NCBI RefSeq assembly: GCF_000011325.1
Contig: NC_003450.3
Span: forward strand, 1,740,001 to 1,772,000
Direction of reading: 5' to 3'
DNA: 32,000 nucleotides
Source: Corynebacterium glutamicum ATCC 13032
GTDB lineage: Bacteria > Actinomycetota > Actinomycetes > Mycobacteriales > Mycobacteriaceae
Under the pieces are notes generated by a model, which searched no databases, had not been told where the DNA came from, and saw only the letters and a list, made by a program, of their open reading frames with translations. The number at the start of each line of letters is the position of its first letter. The stretch's first letter is position 1. The translations under genes were made by a program, and so were the position numbers. This document shows positions 6,234 to 15,482 of this stretch, piece by piece.

Positions 6234-7954
6234 CGGTACGGCTTTAACACGGCTTGGATTTTGTCTTGCTTGGCGAGGTAGGACTGGCACTGGGCGTCGA
6301 TAAGCTCAGCTGACCACCCGGTGACCTGCGCCATTGCTTCGGCCGTCGCACGCACGGCAGCCGGTTGCACATAACCCAGCGTGCCGAGCACGATGCGACG
6401 ATCCAGCACGTCCGCCAGGTCGACGGCCGCCTCCTCGGCGACAGCAAAAACGGCCTGCGCCGCGATATCAAGGTTGTCTGGGTCAAGTCGGCGCCCCAGG
6501 TCGGGTTGCTTTGCGACGAGATCCAGCACTTTTTCATGCTCAGTTCCATACAGTCTGGCCAGATGCACGCGGATTTCATCATCCACATCCAGCTCGGGGT
6601 GGCTGCGAAGCGCTGACTCAAAGGAATCAGCCACGGACTCATACGCGCCAAAAGAAGTACTCAACGGCATCTGCCTGGAGTCAAAGTGGCGCAGCGGAGG
6701 TAACACCGCAGCTTGGTGCTCCACCACATGCTCAATCACCTTGTACCCCATCACGCGCGAAGTGGTCCACTTGCCGCCAGAGACAGACACCAAACCATCA
6801 ATGCCGACGTTGGCGTGATCGGAAATATCGAAACGGCGAGAGGACGTGTAGGTGTCGGTGCCGTCATCAACAAGCGGGCGCACACCCACCAGCGTGGAGA
6901 TGATCTCTTTGCGATCAAGCGGTGTAGCGCGTACCGAATCGATGGTCTCAAGCAGCAAATCGATATCGCTTTCATCTGCAGCCGCATCATCAGCGTCACC
7001 GTCAATCATGGTGTCGGTTGGACCAATAAGGGTGCGCCCCATCCACGGATTCACGATCACATGCTTGCCGTTTTTGCCACGCACAAACACGCCACTCTGG
7101 CTGCCCAAATCACCAGTGAGCAAATGCACTCCCTTGGATTGGCGCACCTTCAACTTGGTTACCTCCGCCAAATCACCCAACGCCTGCGCAACCCACGGAC
7201 CCGCAGCGTTGATCACCACAGGGGCATTCACCTCATGCGTGGTGTTGGTGACCTGATCAGTCACTTCTACACCCTTGACGCGGCCTTCTTCCACGTTCCG
7301 GAGAATGCGAGTGACTTTGGCGTGGTTGATCGCCGTTCCGCCATCTGCCGCAAAAGCTTTAATCACCGCGAGGAGGAGTCGTTCTGCATGGAGATTCAAC
7401 GTATCATCGTGGCGCCACGCTCCCTTCAAGCCCTCCGGGTCAAGCCACGGGACTTCCTTGAGCAGTGCATTTTTAGGAATCCACCGGAAACGCGGCGAGT
7501 GGTTTTCCTTCGATTGCCCCTGGTTACGCTGCCACGCCATCGTTTCATACAACGCCACACCAGCACCCAACATAGGGGCTTTCGGCTCTGACCAATCAAA
7601 CGCCGTGAGCATGAAACTGCGTGGAGCCACCAAATGCGGAGCGGCGATACCTAGGTACCGGCGTTCCTTCACGGCTTCCTGGACCACGCCGAAATCGTAC
7701 TGCTCCAAATAGCGCAAACCACCATGAATCATCTTGGAGGTTGTCGATGATGTTCCAGAAGAATAATCTCTGGCCTCAAACATCACAGTGCGTAAACCGC
7801 GGCCTTGAGCATGTCGCGCAATCTGTACACCTGAGATACCACCGCCAATCACAATGACGTCATAATTATCGCGAAGCGGAGGGCCAATCCGGCGGGATTC
7901 AAAGTGTGCGCTCGTCATAAAAGTGAGCCTAATAGGAAAACCGCCAACCCACAT
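6230..7954 (-). CDS. glpD: FAD-dependent glycerol-3-phosphate dehydrogenase
   Basis: 574 aa with the 'YDVIVIGGGISG' dinucleotide-binding motif and GlpD-like body and C-terminal domain. An alternative start is ATG 7918 (MTSAHFE...). Neither start has a clear SD sequence. Confidence 0.88.
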   Translation of the reverse strand: MWVGGFPIRLTFMTSAHFESRRIGPPLRDNYDVIVIGGGISGVQIARHAQGRGLRTVMFEARDYSSGTSSTTSKMIHGGLRYLEQYDFGVVQEAVKERRYLGIAAPHLVAPRSFMLTAFDWSEPKAPMLGAGVALYETMAWQRNQGQSKENHSPRFRWIPKNALLKEVPWLDPEGLKGAWRHDDTLNLHAERLLLAVIKAFAADGGTAINHAKVTRILRNVEEGRVKGVEVTDQVTNTTHEVNAPVVINAAGPWVAQALGDLAEVTKLKVRQSKGVHLLTGDLGSQSGVFVRGKNGKHVIVNPWMGRTLIGPTDTMIDGDADDAAADESDIDLLLETIDSVRATPLDRKEIISTLVGVRPLVDDGTDTYTSSRRFDISDHANVGIDGLVSVSGGKWTTSRVMGYKVIEHVVEHQAAVLPPLRHFDSRQMPLSTSFGAYESVADSFESALRSHPELDVDDEIRVHLARLYGTEHEKVLDLVAKQPDLGRRLDPDNLDIAAQAVFAVAEEAAVDLADVLDRRIVLGTLGYVQPAAVRATAEAMAQVTGWSAELIDAQCQSYLAKQDKIQAVLKPYR

Positions 7955-7986
7955 CGTGAATTGACGGTTTTTTACTTATGAATTAT

Positions 7987-9276
7987 TTAAATAAGTTTCC
8001 CCTGCAAAAAGGCCACAACCTCGTCCAATGCGACATCGTGCTGCTCATGCGCACGCATATCCTTCACCGCGATGGTGTTGTTCTCCAGCTCCTGCTCGCC
8101 CAGCACCAAGGTGTACAACGCGTTGGAGCGGTCAGCGCCCTTCATGGCACCCTTCAGGCCACGGTCGCCGTAAGACATATCGGTGGAAATACCCGCAGCG
8201 CGCAGCGTGTTCACGATTCCAGCAAGAGCCTTCTTAGCATCCTTGCCCAGTGGAACGCCGTACACATCAACGCGACGCTCAGCACCAACAGTCACACCTT
8301 CAGCTTCCAGAGCCAACATGGTGCGATCCACACCCAGGCCATAGCCGATGCCAGACAGATCCTGTCCGCCAAGCTGTGCCATCAGACCGTCGTAGCGTCC
8401 GCCGCCACCAATGCCAGACTGTGCGCCCAGGCCATCGTGAACGAACTCAAAACAAGTCTTGGTGTAGTAATCCAAACCACGAACCATGCGTGGGTTAATC
8501 ACATATGGAACACCCATGTCATCGAGCAAACCAGTCACTGTTTCAAAGTGCTCACGGCACTCTGCATCAAGGTGATCCAGCATCAATGGTGCATCCGCAG
8601 TCATCTCTTGGACTTCAGGACGCTTATCATCCAACACCCGAAGTGGGTTGATCTCTGCGCGCTTGCGGGTTTCCTCATCCAAAGGAAGTGCAAACAAGAA
8701 ATCCTGCAGCTTCTGACGATACTCGGGACGGCAGTGACGATCACCCAAGCTGGTGAGCTCCAGACGGAAATCCTGCAGCCCCAAGCTGCGGTAAGAACGA
8801 TCAGCAAGCGCAATGATCTCCGCATCAAGCGCTGGATCATCCACACCAATTGCCTCTACGCCTACTTGCTGAAGCTGACGGTAACGCCCTGCCTGAGGAC
8901 GCTCATAACGGAAGAATGGTCCGGCGTAGTTCAGCTTTACGGGAAGCTGTCCACGGTCCAGGCTGTGTTCAATAACTGCACGCATCACGCCTGCAGTGCC
9001 TTCTGGGCGCAGCGTGACAGAGCGCTCGCCACGATCAGCGAAGGTGTACATTTCCTTGCTCACTACGTCAGTGGACTCACCAACACCACGCGCAAACAAG
9101 CCGGTGTCTTCAAAGATCGGCAGCTCAATATGCTCAAACCCGGCCTTATGTGCTTGATTAACAAAGGCATCACGGACTGCTAAAAACGCTGCAGATTTTG
9201 GTGGGGCGTAATCAGGAACACCCTTGGGTGCAGCAAATGACTGAAGCTTTTCAGACTTGGACTTGTTTTGACTCAC
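7987..9276 (-). CDS. hisS: Histidine--tRNA ligase
   Basis: 429 aa with class II aaRS motifs, including '[12 protein letters not shown]' and 'GGGGRYDGL', which are characteristic of HisRS. Confidence 0.95.
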
Positions 9277-9321
9277 GATTATTAACGATACCTATTCGAA
9301 GAAGTAGTACGGAACTTAGCC

Positions 9322-9963
9322 CTACAGTGCCAGCAAGAAAGGGTTACCAGTGCGTTCTGCACGCATGGTGGTGGTTGGGCCATGCCCAGGAAGAATCTGC
9401 AATGCATCATCAAGTGGGAGCACTGCCGTGCGTAGTGACTCATTCATGGCATCTGCATCAGACCACTCAAAATCAGTGCGACCAATAGAGCCCTTGAACA
9501 ACACATCACCGCTAAAGCAGTATTCCTTGCCGACGATCAGCGTACAACCAGGTGAATGCCCTGGTGCATGCTTCAACGTGAATTCTTCGCCAGCCAAAGT
9601 GATTGTCTCACCATCAACCAGATCACGCAGTGACTCAGGATCAGGGGACACCATGTTGTCGGCGTCGAAAAGCATGGCCGTCTTTGTTCCAGATCCCTTG
9701 TAGACCTCAAGGAAAAACGCATCATCAGGATGGATATAGACCGGCGCATTGAAACGCTTTGCCACAACACCAGCATCACGGGTGTGATCAATGTGTCCGT
9801 GGGTGAGCACAATCTTGTCCACGCTCAAATTATTCGTGGTGATGTATTCCACCAAATCATCGTGGGCATGCATGCCAGGATCAATGATCGCGACCTCATT
9901 CTCCCCGCGCACCACATAGCAATTTGTTTTATACGGACCAGCCGCGAATCCGAGGATCTCCAT
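9322..9963 (-). CDS. MBL-fold metallo-hydrolase (glyoxalase II-like)
   Basis: 213 aa with the 'LTHGHIDHTRD' HxHxDH zinc motif. It occupies the same position next to hisS as the Rv2581c-type gene in mycobacteria. Confidence 0.9.
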   Translation of the reverse strand: MEILGFAAGPYKTNCYVVRGENEVAIIDPGMHAHDDLVEYITTNNLSVDKIVLTHGHIDHTRDAGVVAKRFNAPVYIHPDDAFFLEVYKGSGTKTAMLFDADNMVSPDPESLRDLVDGETITLAGEEFTLKHAPGHSPGCTLIVGKEYCFSGDVLFKGSIGRTDFEWSDADAMNESLRTAVLPLDDALQILPGHGPTTTMRAERTGNPFLLAL

Positions 9964-10093
9964 GAATAAACAGTGTAGTGCGTAAGCGGCGCTCCCCCAT
10001 CATTCCCTCAAGGTGTGAAGATACGGTTAGGATAGAAAAGAATTTTTTTGACGTTGGACATTCTCAAAATCAAGTAGCAAGGGATCAAACTCT

Positions 10094-10936
10094 GTGAGTA
10101 CTAATAAGGAACGACGCCAACAGGCGCTTTCCCAGCTGGAGAAAGAAATCAAAAGCCGGGACCGCAAAGAAAAGACCAAGCCACTAACCGTGGTCTTTGC
10201 TTCCCTGGCTGTCATCCTGGTTGTCGTTGGCGGTATCTGGTACGCAGCTACCCGCAGCACCGAAGACGAAGTCATCACCGCTGATGAAACATCCACCACC
10301 GCAGAGACCCCTGACTACCAGCCACTGGCGCTGACCCGCACCACCGCGCTCGGCGACTCCGTGACCTGTGAGTACCCAGATGCTGGCGAGGCTTCCAAGG
10401 ATGTCTCCAAGCCTGCTACTGAAAACGTGCCAGCAACCGGCACCGTGACCGTCAACCTGACCACCGCCCAGGGCAACATCGGCATGGAACTTGATCGCTC
10501 CGTATCCCCTTGTACCGTCAACGCTGTTGAGCACATGGCTTCCGAGGGCTACTACAACGATACTGTCTGCCACCGCATCACCACCTCTGGCATTTACGTT
10601 CTCCAGTGCGGCGATCCAAGCAGCACCGGCGCAGGCGGCCCAGGGTTCAGCTTCGCCAACGAATACCCAACCGACGAAGCAACTGACCTAACCACCCCAG
10701 TCATCTACGAGCGCGGCACCATCGCCATGGCCAACGCTGGCGCTGACACCAACGGCTCCCAGTTCTTCCTCAACTACGAGGATTCCCCACTGGCACCGAA
10801 CTACACCTACTTCGGCCAGATCACCGAAGAAGGCCTTGCAACCCTCGACGCCATCGCAGAAGTTGGCACTGAAGGTGGAACCGGCGACGGAGCACCAGCG
10901 CAAGAGGTTCGCATTGAATCCGCAGCTGTTGCGTAA
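10094..10936 (+). CDS. ppiB: Membrane-anchored cyclophilin-type peptidyl-prolyl cis-trans isomerase
   Basis: GTG start. An N-terminal TM helix (LTVVFASLAVILVVVGGIWY) and linker precede the cyclophilin core ('HRITTSGIYVLQCGDP', 'GTIAMANAGADTNGSQFFL'). Confidence 0.9.
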   Translation: MSTNKERRQQALSQLEKEIKSRDRKEKTKPLTVVFASLAVILVVVGGIWYAATRSTEDEVITADETSTTAETPDYQPLALTRTTALGDSVTCEYPDAGEASKDVSKPATENVPATGTVTVNLTTAQGNIGMELDRSVSPCTVNAVEHMASEGYYNDTVCHRITTSGIYVLQCGDPSSTGAGGPGFSFANEYPTDEATDLTTPVIYERGTIAMANAGADTNGSQFFLNYEDSPLAPNYTYFGQITEEGLATLDAIAEVGTEGGTGDGAPAQEVRIESAAVA

Positions 10937-10957
10937 GTTCTAAGCCCCTCTTCTTTC

Positions 10958-11001
10958 AACACCGTGTTTCTTGGCCAGCTGCCAAGAGGCACGGTGTTTT
11001 T
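10958..11001 (+). terminator. Rho-independent terminator of ppiB
   Basis: An 18-bp stem (AACACCGTGTTTCTTGGC / GCCAAGAGGCACGGTGTT, with two G-U pairs), loop CAGCT, then a T5 run. Confidence 0.75.
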
Positions 11002-11425
11002 GCTGTCTTTGACTACTATTTCTGCTGCTGGATCACAGATTGCTTTTACTGGATGCCTCTTCTGGATGCATCGCAGGGCAGTTCACTGGGCATTTCCAGG
11101 CCAGATCCCCAATCGTTTACATCCTGTTAAATCCATGTTAACCGGACTTTTATCTTTGTTTTCATCCGTTTTTACCCCTAAACACTCTCAGGTTTCTCAG
11201 TGAAAATTGAGAATTGGTGTCGTATGACGCTCCATTTGCGCAGGCAATAGGTAGTAAATGGTTAGATACTTTTAAAAAGGAGCCTGCCACCCCAAATAGG
11301 GGTAAAGGACTGGCATGTAATTTACAGGCGCCTGCAAGGAATAGTCCCAAGAAGTCGAAAACTAGTCACATTAGTCACAAAAATCACTTAAATAACATCT
11401 TGCTTGAGTTTTCATCACAAAAGGC

Positions 11426-11454
11426 TTGCACGACTATAAAGCCCCGGTTAAGGT
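11426..11454 (+). promoter_or_regulatory. Candidate promoter TTGCAC-N17-TAAGGT for the 185-aa secreted protein gene
   Basis: -35 at 11426-11431 and -10 at 11449-11454, 43 nt before ATG 11497. The same architecture recurs upstream of the paralog at 12186-12214. Confidence 0.4.
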
Positions 11455-11496
11455 GATCAGAGAAATTCAACCTCTCTGAAATGAAGGATCCAGGAA

Positions 11497-12054
11497 ATGA
11501 AGCTTTTCTCCCGCACCTCACTGGTTGCACTTGGTACCGCTGCAGCTATCACTCTCTCCGGCGTAACCGCTCCTGCATTCGCTGATGAGGACTCCAACGC
11601 AGCTGTAAGTGCTCTTAAGACCGCTGAAGATAATACCCCTGAGGCGCCAGGGGCTTCTACTCCCCTGAAGCTTGAGCAGCCTGGCACCATCACCGGCGTC
11701 CCTGGCAAGGCGATCACCCCGGTCACTGTTAAGGTCGTCGCAGGCGAAGCAGAATCCTTCACCTCAGACAACCTTCCTTCTGGTCTCCTTATCGACAACA
11801 CCGGAAAGATCACCGGTACTCCAAAGAAGGAATTCACTGGTTCCGCAAAGATCATTGCCAAGAACGAAGCAGGCGTTGAAGCAGAAGTTTACGTTAACTT
11901 TGATTTCAACGAAGAGCCTTCCAGCGAAGAGCCTTCCAGCGGTTCTTCCGACACTGACAACATCGAAAACTGGATCAAGATCATCACAGCAGTCATCGGT
12001 GCACTAACCACCATTTTAACCTTCAGTACCAAGCTGGATTCCTTCCTGAAGTAA
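11497..12054 (+). CDS. Secreted, C-terminally membrane-anchored protein with one He_PIG/cadherin-like Ig domain
   Basis: Signal peptide MKLFSRTSLVALGTAAAITLSGVTAPAFA|DE. 'LPSGLLIDNTGKITGTP' is the putative-Ig-domain signature. An acidic/Ser linker (EEPSSEEPSSGSSDTD) leads to the terminal TM helix WIKIITAVIGALTTILTF. Confidence 0.8.
   Translation: MKLFSRTSLVALGTAAAITLSGVTAPAFADEDSNAAVSALKTAEDNTPEAPGASTPLKLEQPGTITGVPGKAITPVTVKVVAGEAESFTSDNLPSGLLIDNTGKITGTPKKEFTGSAKIIAKNEAGVEAEVYVNFDFNEEPSSEEPSSGSSDTDNIENWIKIITAVIGALTTILTFSTKLDSFLK
11911..11940 (+). repeat. Perfect 15-bp tandem duplication (GAAGAGCCTTCCAGC x2) encoding EEPSS-EEPSS
   Basis: Read directly from the sequence, in frame within the linker of the 185-aa protein. 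Confidence 0.9.
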
Positions 12055-12072
12055 TTTCCGCCTTACGCGACT

Positions 12073-12108
12073 AATCCTTTGTGAATCACCATTCACAAAG
12101 GATTTTTT
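12073..12108 (+). terminator. Rho-independent terminator
   Basis: Perfect 14-bp stem AATCCTTTGTGAAT / ATTCACAAAGGATT, loop CACC, then a T6 run. Confidence 0.8.
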
Positions 12109-12185
12109 GACGATATGGGCTGCGCTCAGCTCGAATCGCTTTGCACTTTTCTTAGCAAAATATCAGCTTTGACCTGCACATATAG

Positions 12186-12214
12186 TTGCACAATGGTGAA
12201 AGTGCACATAAAGT
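12186..12214 (+). promoter_or_regulatory. Candidate promoter TTGCAC-N17-TAAAGT for the 91-aa paralog
   Basis: -35 at 12186-12191 and -10 at 12209-12214, 41 nt before ATG 12255. Parallel to the 11426-11454 promoter. Confidence 0.4.
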
Positions 12215-12254
12215 AACTTTCGTATTCGAATATTTAAACCTAAGGGGTTTAGCA

Positions 12255-12530
12255 ATGAAGCTATTTTCTCGTACTCCCCTCGTCGCACTCGGCACAGCTG
12301 CTGCAATGGCAGCAACCTCCATCTCCGTTCCTGCACAGGCTGAAGAAGTCGCACCAGCACAGGTTGTGTACGTGGCTGACACCGTAGAAGAAGAAACGGG
12401 TAGCTCCAACGGATCTTCTGACATTGACTCTGACACCATTTTGGATTACGTCGTCGTTATTACTGGCATCGTTGGCGTCCTCAGCGCTGGTTTGACCTTC
12501 GCTACTGCTTTCCAGCGTTCATTGCAGTAA
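12255..12530 (+). CDS. Small secreted, C-terminally anchored protein; domain-less paralog of the 11497..12054 product
   Basis: I chose ATG 12255 (AAGGGG 8 nt upstream) rather than the track start at 12186. MKLFSRTPLVALGTAAAMAATSISVPAQA|EE shares 15 of the first 17 residues with the upstream gene. The acidic/Ser linker and terminal TM (YVVVITGIVGVLSAGLTFATAF) are also shared. Confidence 0.7.
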   Translation: MKLFSRTPLVALGTAAAMAATSISVPAQAEEVAPAQVVYVADTVEEETGSSNGSSDIDSDTILDYVVVITGIVGVLSAGLTFATAFQRSLQ

Positions 12531-12548
12531 ATTTCAGCGTTAATCACC

Positions 12549-12595
12549 AAAGCCTTGGGCTTCAACCACACGGTGGTTGAAGCCCAAGGCTTTTT
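12549..12595. terminator. Bidirectional-looking terminator between the small secreted gene (+) and rel (-)
   Basis: Perfect 21-bp stem AAAGCCTTGGGCTTCAACCAC / GTGGTTGAAGCCCAAGGCTTT, 3-nt loop, and a T5 run on the plus side. The minus-side tail is weaker. Confidence 0.8.
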
Positions 12596-12611
12596 CACAA
12601 TCTAAAGGCCT

Positions 12612-14894
12612 CTAGCCACCCGAGGTCACTCGGTAGACATCAAACACTCCTTCGGCATTGCGCAGCTGTGTCATCAGGGATCCCAACTGCTTGGTGTCAG
12701 AGACCGCAAAGGTGAAGCGCACGGTGGCTACGCGGTCTTCTGAGCAATGGGAGTTCATTGCGGTAACGGAGACCTTTTGTTCGTTGATTACGCGGGTGAG
12801 CTCAAAGAGCAGGCCTGCGCGATCAAGTGCTTCAAGCTGCAGTGTGGCAGAGAATACTGAACCTTGACCTTCCGAAGCCCAGGAGACGGAGACAATGCGT
12901 TCTGGCTCTTCTTTGAGCTTTTCCACATTCGTGCAGTCTGTTCGGTGTACGGAGACACCGCCACCACGGGTGACGAATCCAAAGATTTCATCTCCTGGCA
13001 CTGGCATACAGCATTTAGCGAGCTTAGCCATGACATCTGGGCTGCCTTCGACCAGGATGCCGGTGCTGCTTTCCGTGGTGGCACGGGAGTTGACCAGCTC
13101 GCTGAATGGGGTGCGTGCAACCAATGCGTCTTCGGCATCTTCTTCGTCACCAAAGATAGCCATGAGACGGTTGACTACGTGTTGCGCAGATACAGAACCG
13201 GAGCCGATGGCTGTGTAGAGCGCATCTACATCTGGGTAGTGCAGCTCTGTTGCCACCGTCTTCATGGAGGACGCGGTGAACAAGCGGTGCATTGGCAGGC
13301 CGCCACGCTGAATAACTGCTGCCAGCGCATCGCGTCCGGCTTCTAGGTATTCTTCGCGTCGTTCCTTGGCAAACCACTGGCGAATCTTGGCCTTTGCACG
13401 AGGTGAGACAACAAATTCTTGCCATCCCCTACTTGGGCCAGCGTTTTGGTCCTTGGAGGTAAAGACTTCAACACGATCGCCGGATTTGAGTTTCGTTTCC
13501 AAAGCGACCAGTTTGCCGTTGATTTTGGCGCCGATGCAGCGGTGCCCCACTTCGGTGTGCACCGCGTAGGCGAAGTCCACCGGGGTGGAGTTCACCGGCA
13601 GGTTGACCACATCACCTTTGGGTGTGAACACGAAGATCTGCTTGGAAGTCAGATCGTAGCGCAGGCTGTCCAGGAACTCGTTGGGGTCGGCTGCTTCTTT
13701 TTGCCAGTCCAGAAGTTGGCGCATCCACGCCATTTGATCCACTTCGGCTTGCTCGCCACTGTGGCTGCCTTTGGTTTCTTTGTATCGCCAGTGCGCTGCA
13801 ATGCCGAATTCGGCGTTGTAGTGCATGTCGTGGGTACGTGCCTGAACTTCCAGAGGCTTACCGCCAGGTCCCATCACGGTGGTGTGCAGGGATTGGTAGA
13901 CACCGAAGCGCGGGGCTGAAATATAGTCTTTGAATCGGCCAGGCAGAGCATTGAACAGGGAGTGCACGACACCGATGGCGGCGTAACAGTTGTTCACGTT
14001 GTCTACCAGGATGCGGATGCCAACAAGATCAAAAATATCGTCAAAATCACGACCGCGAACGATCATCTTTTGATAGATAGACCAGTAGTGCTTTGGTCGA
14101 CCAAGCACTTCTGCCGCGATGTTGTTTTCGCGCAAGCCACCGGTGACTTGATCAATAATTTCTTTGAGGTACCGGTCTCTAGAGGGCGCGCGGTCGGCAA
14201 CAAGACGCACGATCTCTTCGTACTTCTTGGGGTACAAAATGGCAAAGGATAGATCTTCCAATTCCCATTTCACGCTGGCCATGCCCAGGCGGTGTGCCAA
14301 AGGAGCAATCACTTCAAGGGTTTGGCGTGCTTTTTTAGCTTGCTTTTCCGGCGGCAGGAACCGCATGGTGCGCATATTGTGCAAACGGTCGGCCACTTTA
14401 ATCACCAGCACGCGGGGGTCCTGGCTCATGGCGACGATCATTTTGCGAATCGTTTCGGCCTCCGCGGCAGCACCTAGTGCGACTTTGTCGAGCTTGGTGA
14501 CACCGTCGACAAGCCTGGCAACTTCTTCTCCGAAATCTCGGGTGAGATCGTCCAAAGAGTAGTCGGTGTCTTCCACCGTGTCATGCAACAAGGCTGCGAC
14601 GAGCGTGGTGGTGTCCATGCCGATTTCCGCGGCGATGGTGGCGACAGCCAACGGGTGGGTAATATACGGATCGCCCGATTTTCGAATCACACCATCATGA
14701 AGACGTTCCGCGGTGTCATATGCACGTTCCAACACTTGTACGTCGGCGCGTGGGTGAAATTGCCGGTGGATGCTCAGCAGCGGATCCAGCACAGGGTTGG
14801 TGCGAACGCGGTTTCCTGTGAGGCTGCGGGCAAGCCTGGCTGACATGCTTCGCACACCCATGGAAGATTTTTGTGTGTTGCGCTCCAGACTCAT
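12612..14894 (-). CDS. rel: Bifunctional (p)ppGpp synthetase/hydrolase Rel (RSH)
   Basis: 760 aa. The HD hydrolase region has 'ITHPLAVA...LHDTVEDT' and the synthetase region has '[11 protein letters not shown]'. TGS and ACT regions are present. Confidence 0.96.
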
Positions 14895-14921
14895 TTTCCT
14901 GCCGCCTTTCTTTCGATCCTT

Positions 14922-15479
14922 CTACTGAGGATCTCTGACCACAATGACGGGCCTATCACCAAGATTATCCCTACCGCCGAGGCCTGGGACCTCAATGGCA
15001 AGAACATATCCGGAAACATGTCCGTCACACGATTCAATTAGTTTACGTGCAGCGCCCAAGGTGCCGCCGGTTGCCAGCACATCGTCGATCAAAACGATGT
15101 TTTTACCAGCAATGTCGATTCCTTCACTGGGCAGCTCGAGTGCTGCAGTGCCGTATTCAAGTTCATACTCCTGGGTCACCACAGGTGGGGGGAGCTTTCC
15201 CTTCTTGCGGATAGCCAGCACACCTAGGCCGAGTTTGTAAGCGACAGCAGATCCGAGGAGGAATCCTCGCGCATCCAAGCCACCGATGATTTCTGCATTC
15301 AGTTTTTCTGCAGCTTCAGCCATGGCGTCCACCACGGCCACAAATGATTCTGCATCGCCCAACACCGGGGTGAGGTCTTCAAAAAGCACACCCTTTTCTG
15401 GGAAATCCTGCACATATCGGGTTTTCTTGTCCAGGGCCTCACGTGCCCTGTCGAAGGTGCTTAGAGCTTGTTCGCTCAC
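14922..15479 (-). CDS. apt: Adenine phosphoribosyltransferase
   Basis: 185 aa, GTG start. The PRPP-binding motif '[13 protein letters not shown]' is present. It lies directly upstream of rel. Confidence 0.95.
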   Translation of the reverse strand: MSEQALSTFDRAREALDKKTRYVQDFPEKGVLFEDLTPVLGDAESFVAVVDAMAEAAEKLNAEIIGGLDARGFLLGSAVAYKLGLGVLAIRKKGKLPPPVVTQEYELEYGTAALELPSEGIDIAGKNIVLIDDVLATGGTLGAARKLIESCDGHVSGYVLAIEVPGLGGRDNLGDRPVIVVRDPQ

Positions 15480-15482
15480 TAC

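Noticed and set aside
6334-7712. Several plus-strand ORFs (6334..6903, 6713..7591, 6852..7256, 7275..7712) antisense to glpD
   Set aside because: They are Arg/Pro/His-rich shadow ORFs overlapping one another and the strongly supported GlpD frame. None has a domain signature.
7937-7971. Hairpin between hisS and glpD (AAAACCG ... CGGTTTT)
   Set aside because: It has only a 7-bp AT-rich stem with a 21-nt loop, and it overlaps the possible glpD start region. This is too weak to call a terminator.
7978-9183. 401-aa ORF on the plus strand, almost fully antisense to hisS
   Set aside because: The product is low complexity (Q/H/T/L/C-rich), with no SD sequence and no recognisable domain. It exactly shadows a well-supported HisRS gene. 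Long antisense open frames are a known by-product of codon bias. The link to Rodin-Ohno sense/antisense aaRS ideas is only a curiosity.
11162-11456. ORFs 11214..11456 (+, 80 aa) and 11162..11350 (-, 62 aa) in the AT-rich spacer
   Set aside because: No ribosome-binding site, no signal or TM pattern, and Lys/Ser/Asn-rich composition driven by AT content. A small protein cannot be excluded without ribosome profiling.
12864-14562. Plus-strand ORFs antisense to rel (12864..13346, 13419..13919, 13962..14252, 14164..14562)
   Set aside because: All lie within the continuous 760-aa Rel frame and their composition is atypical.
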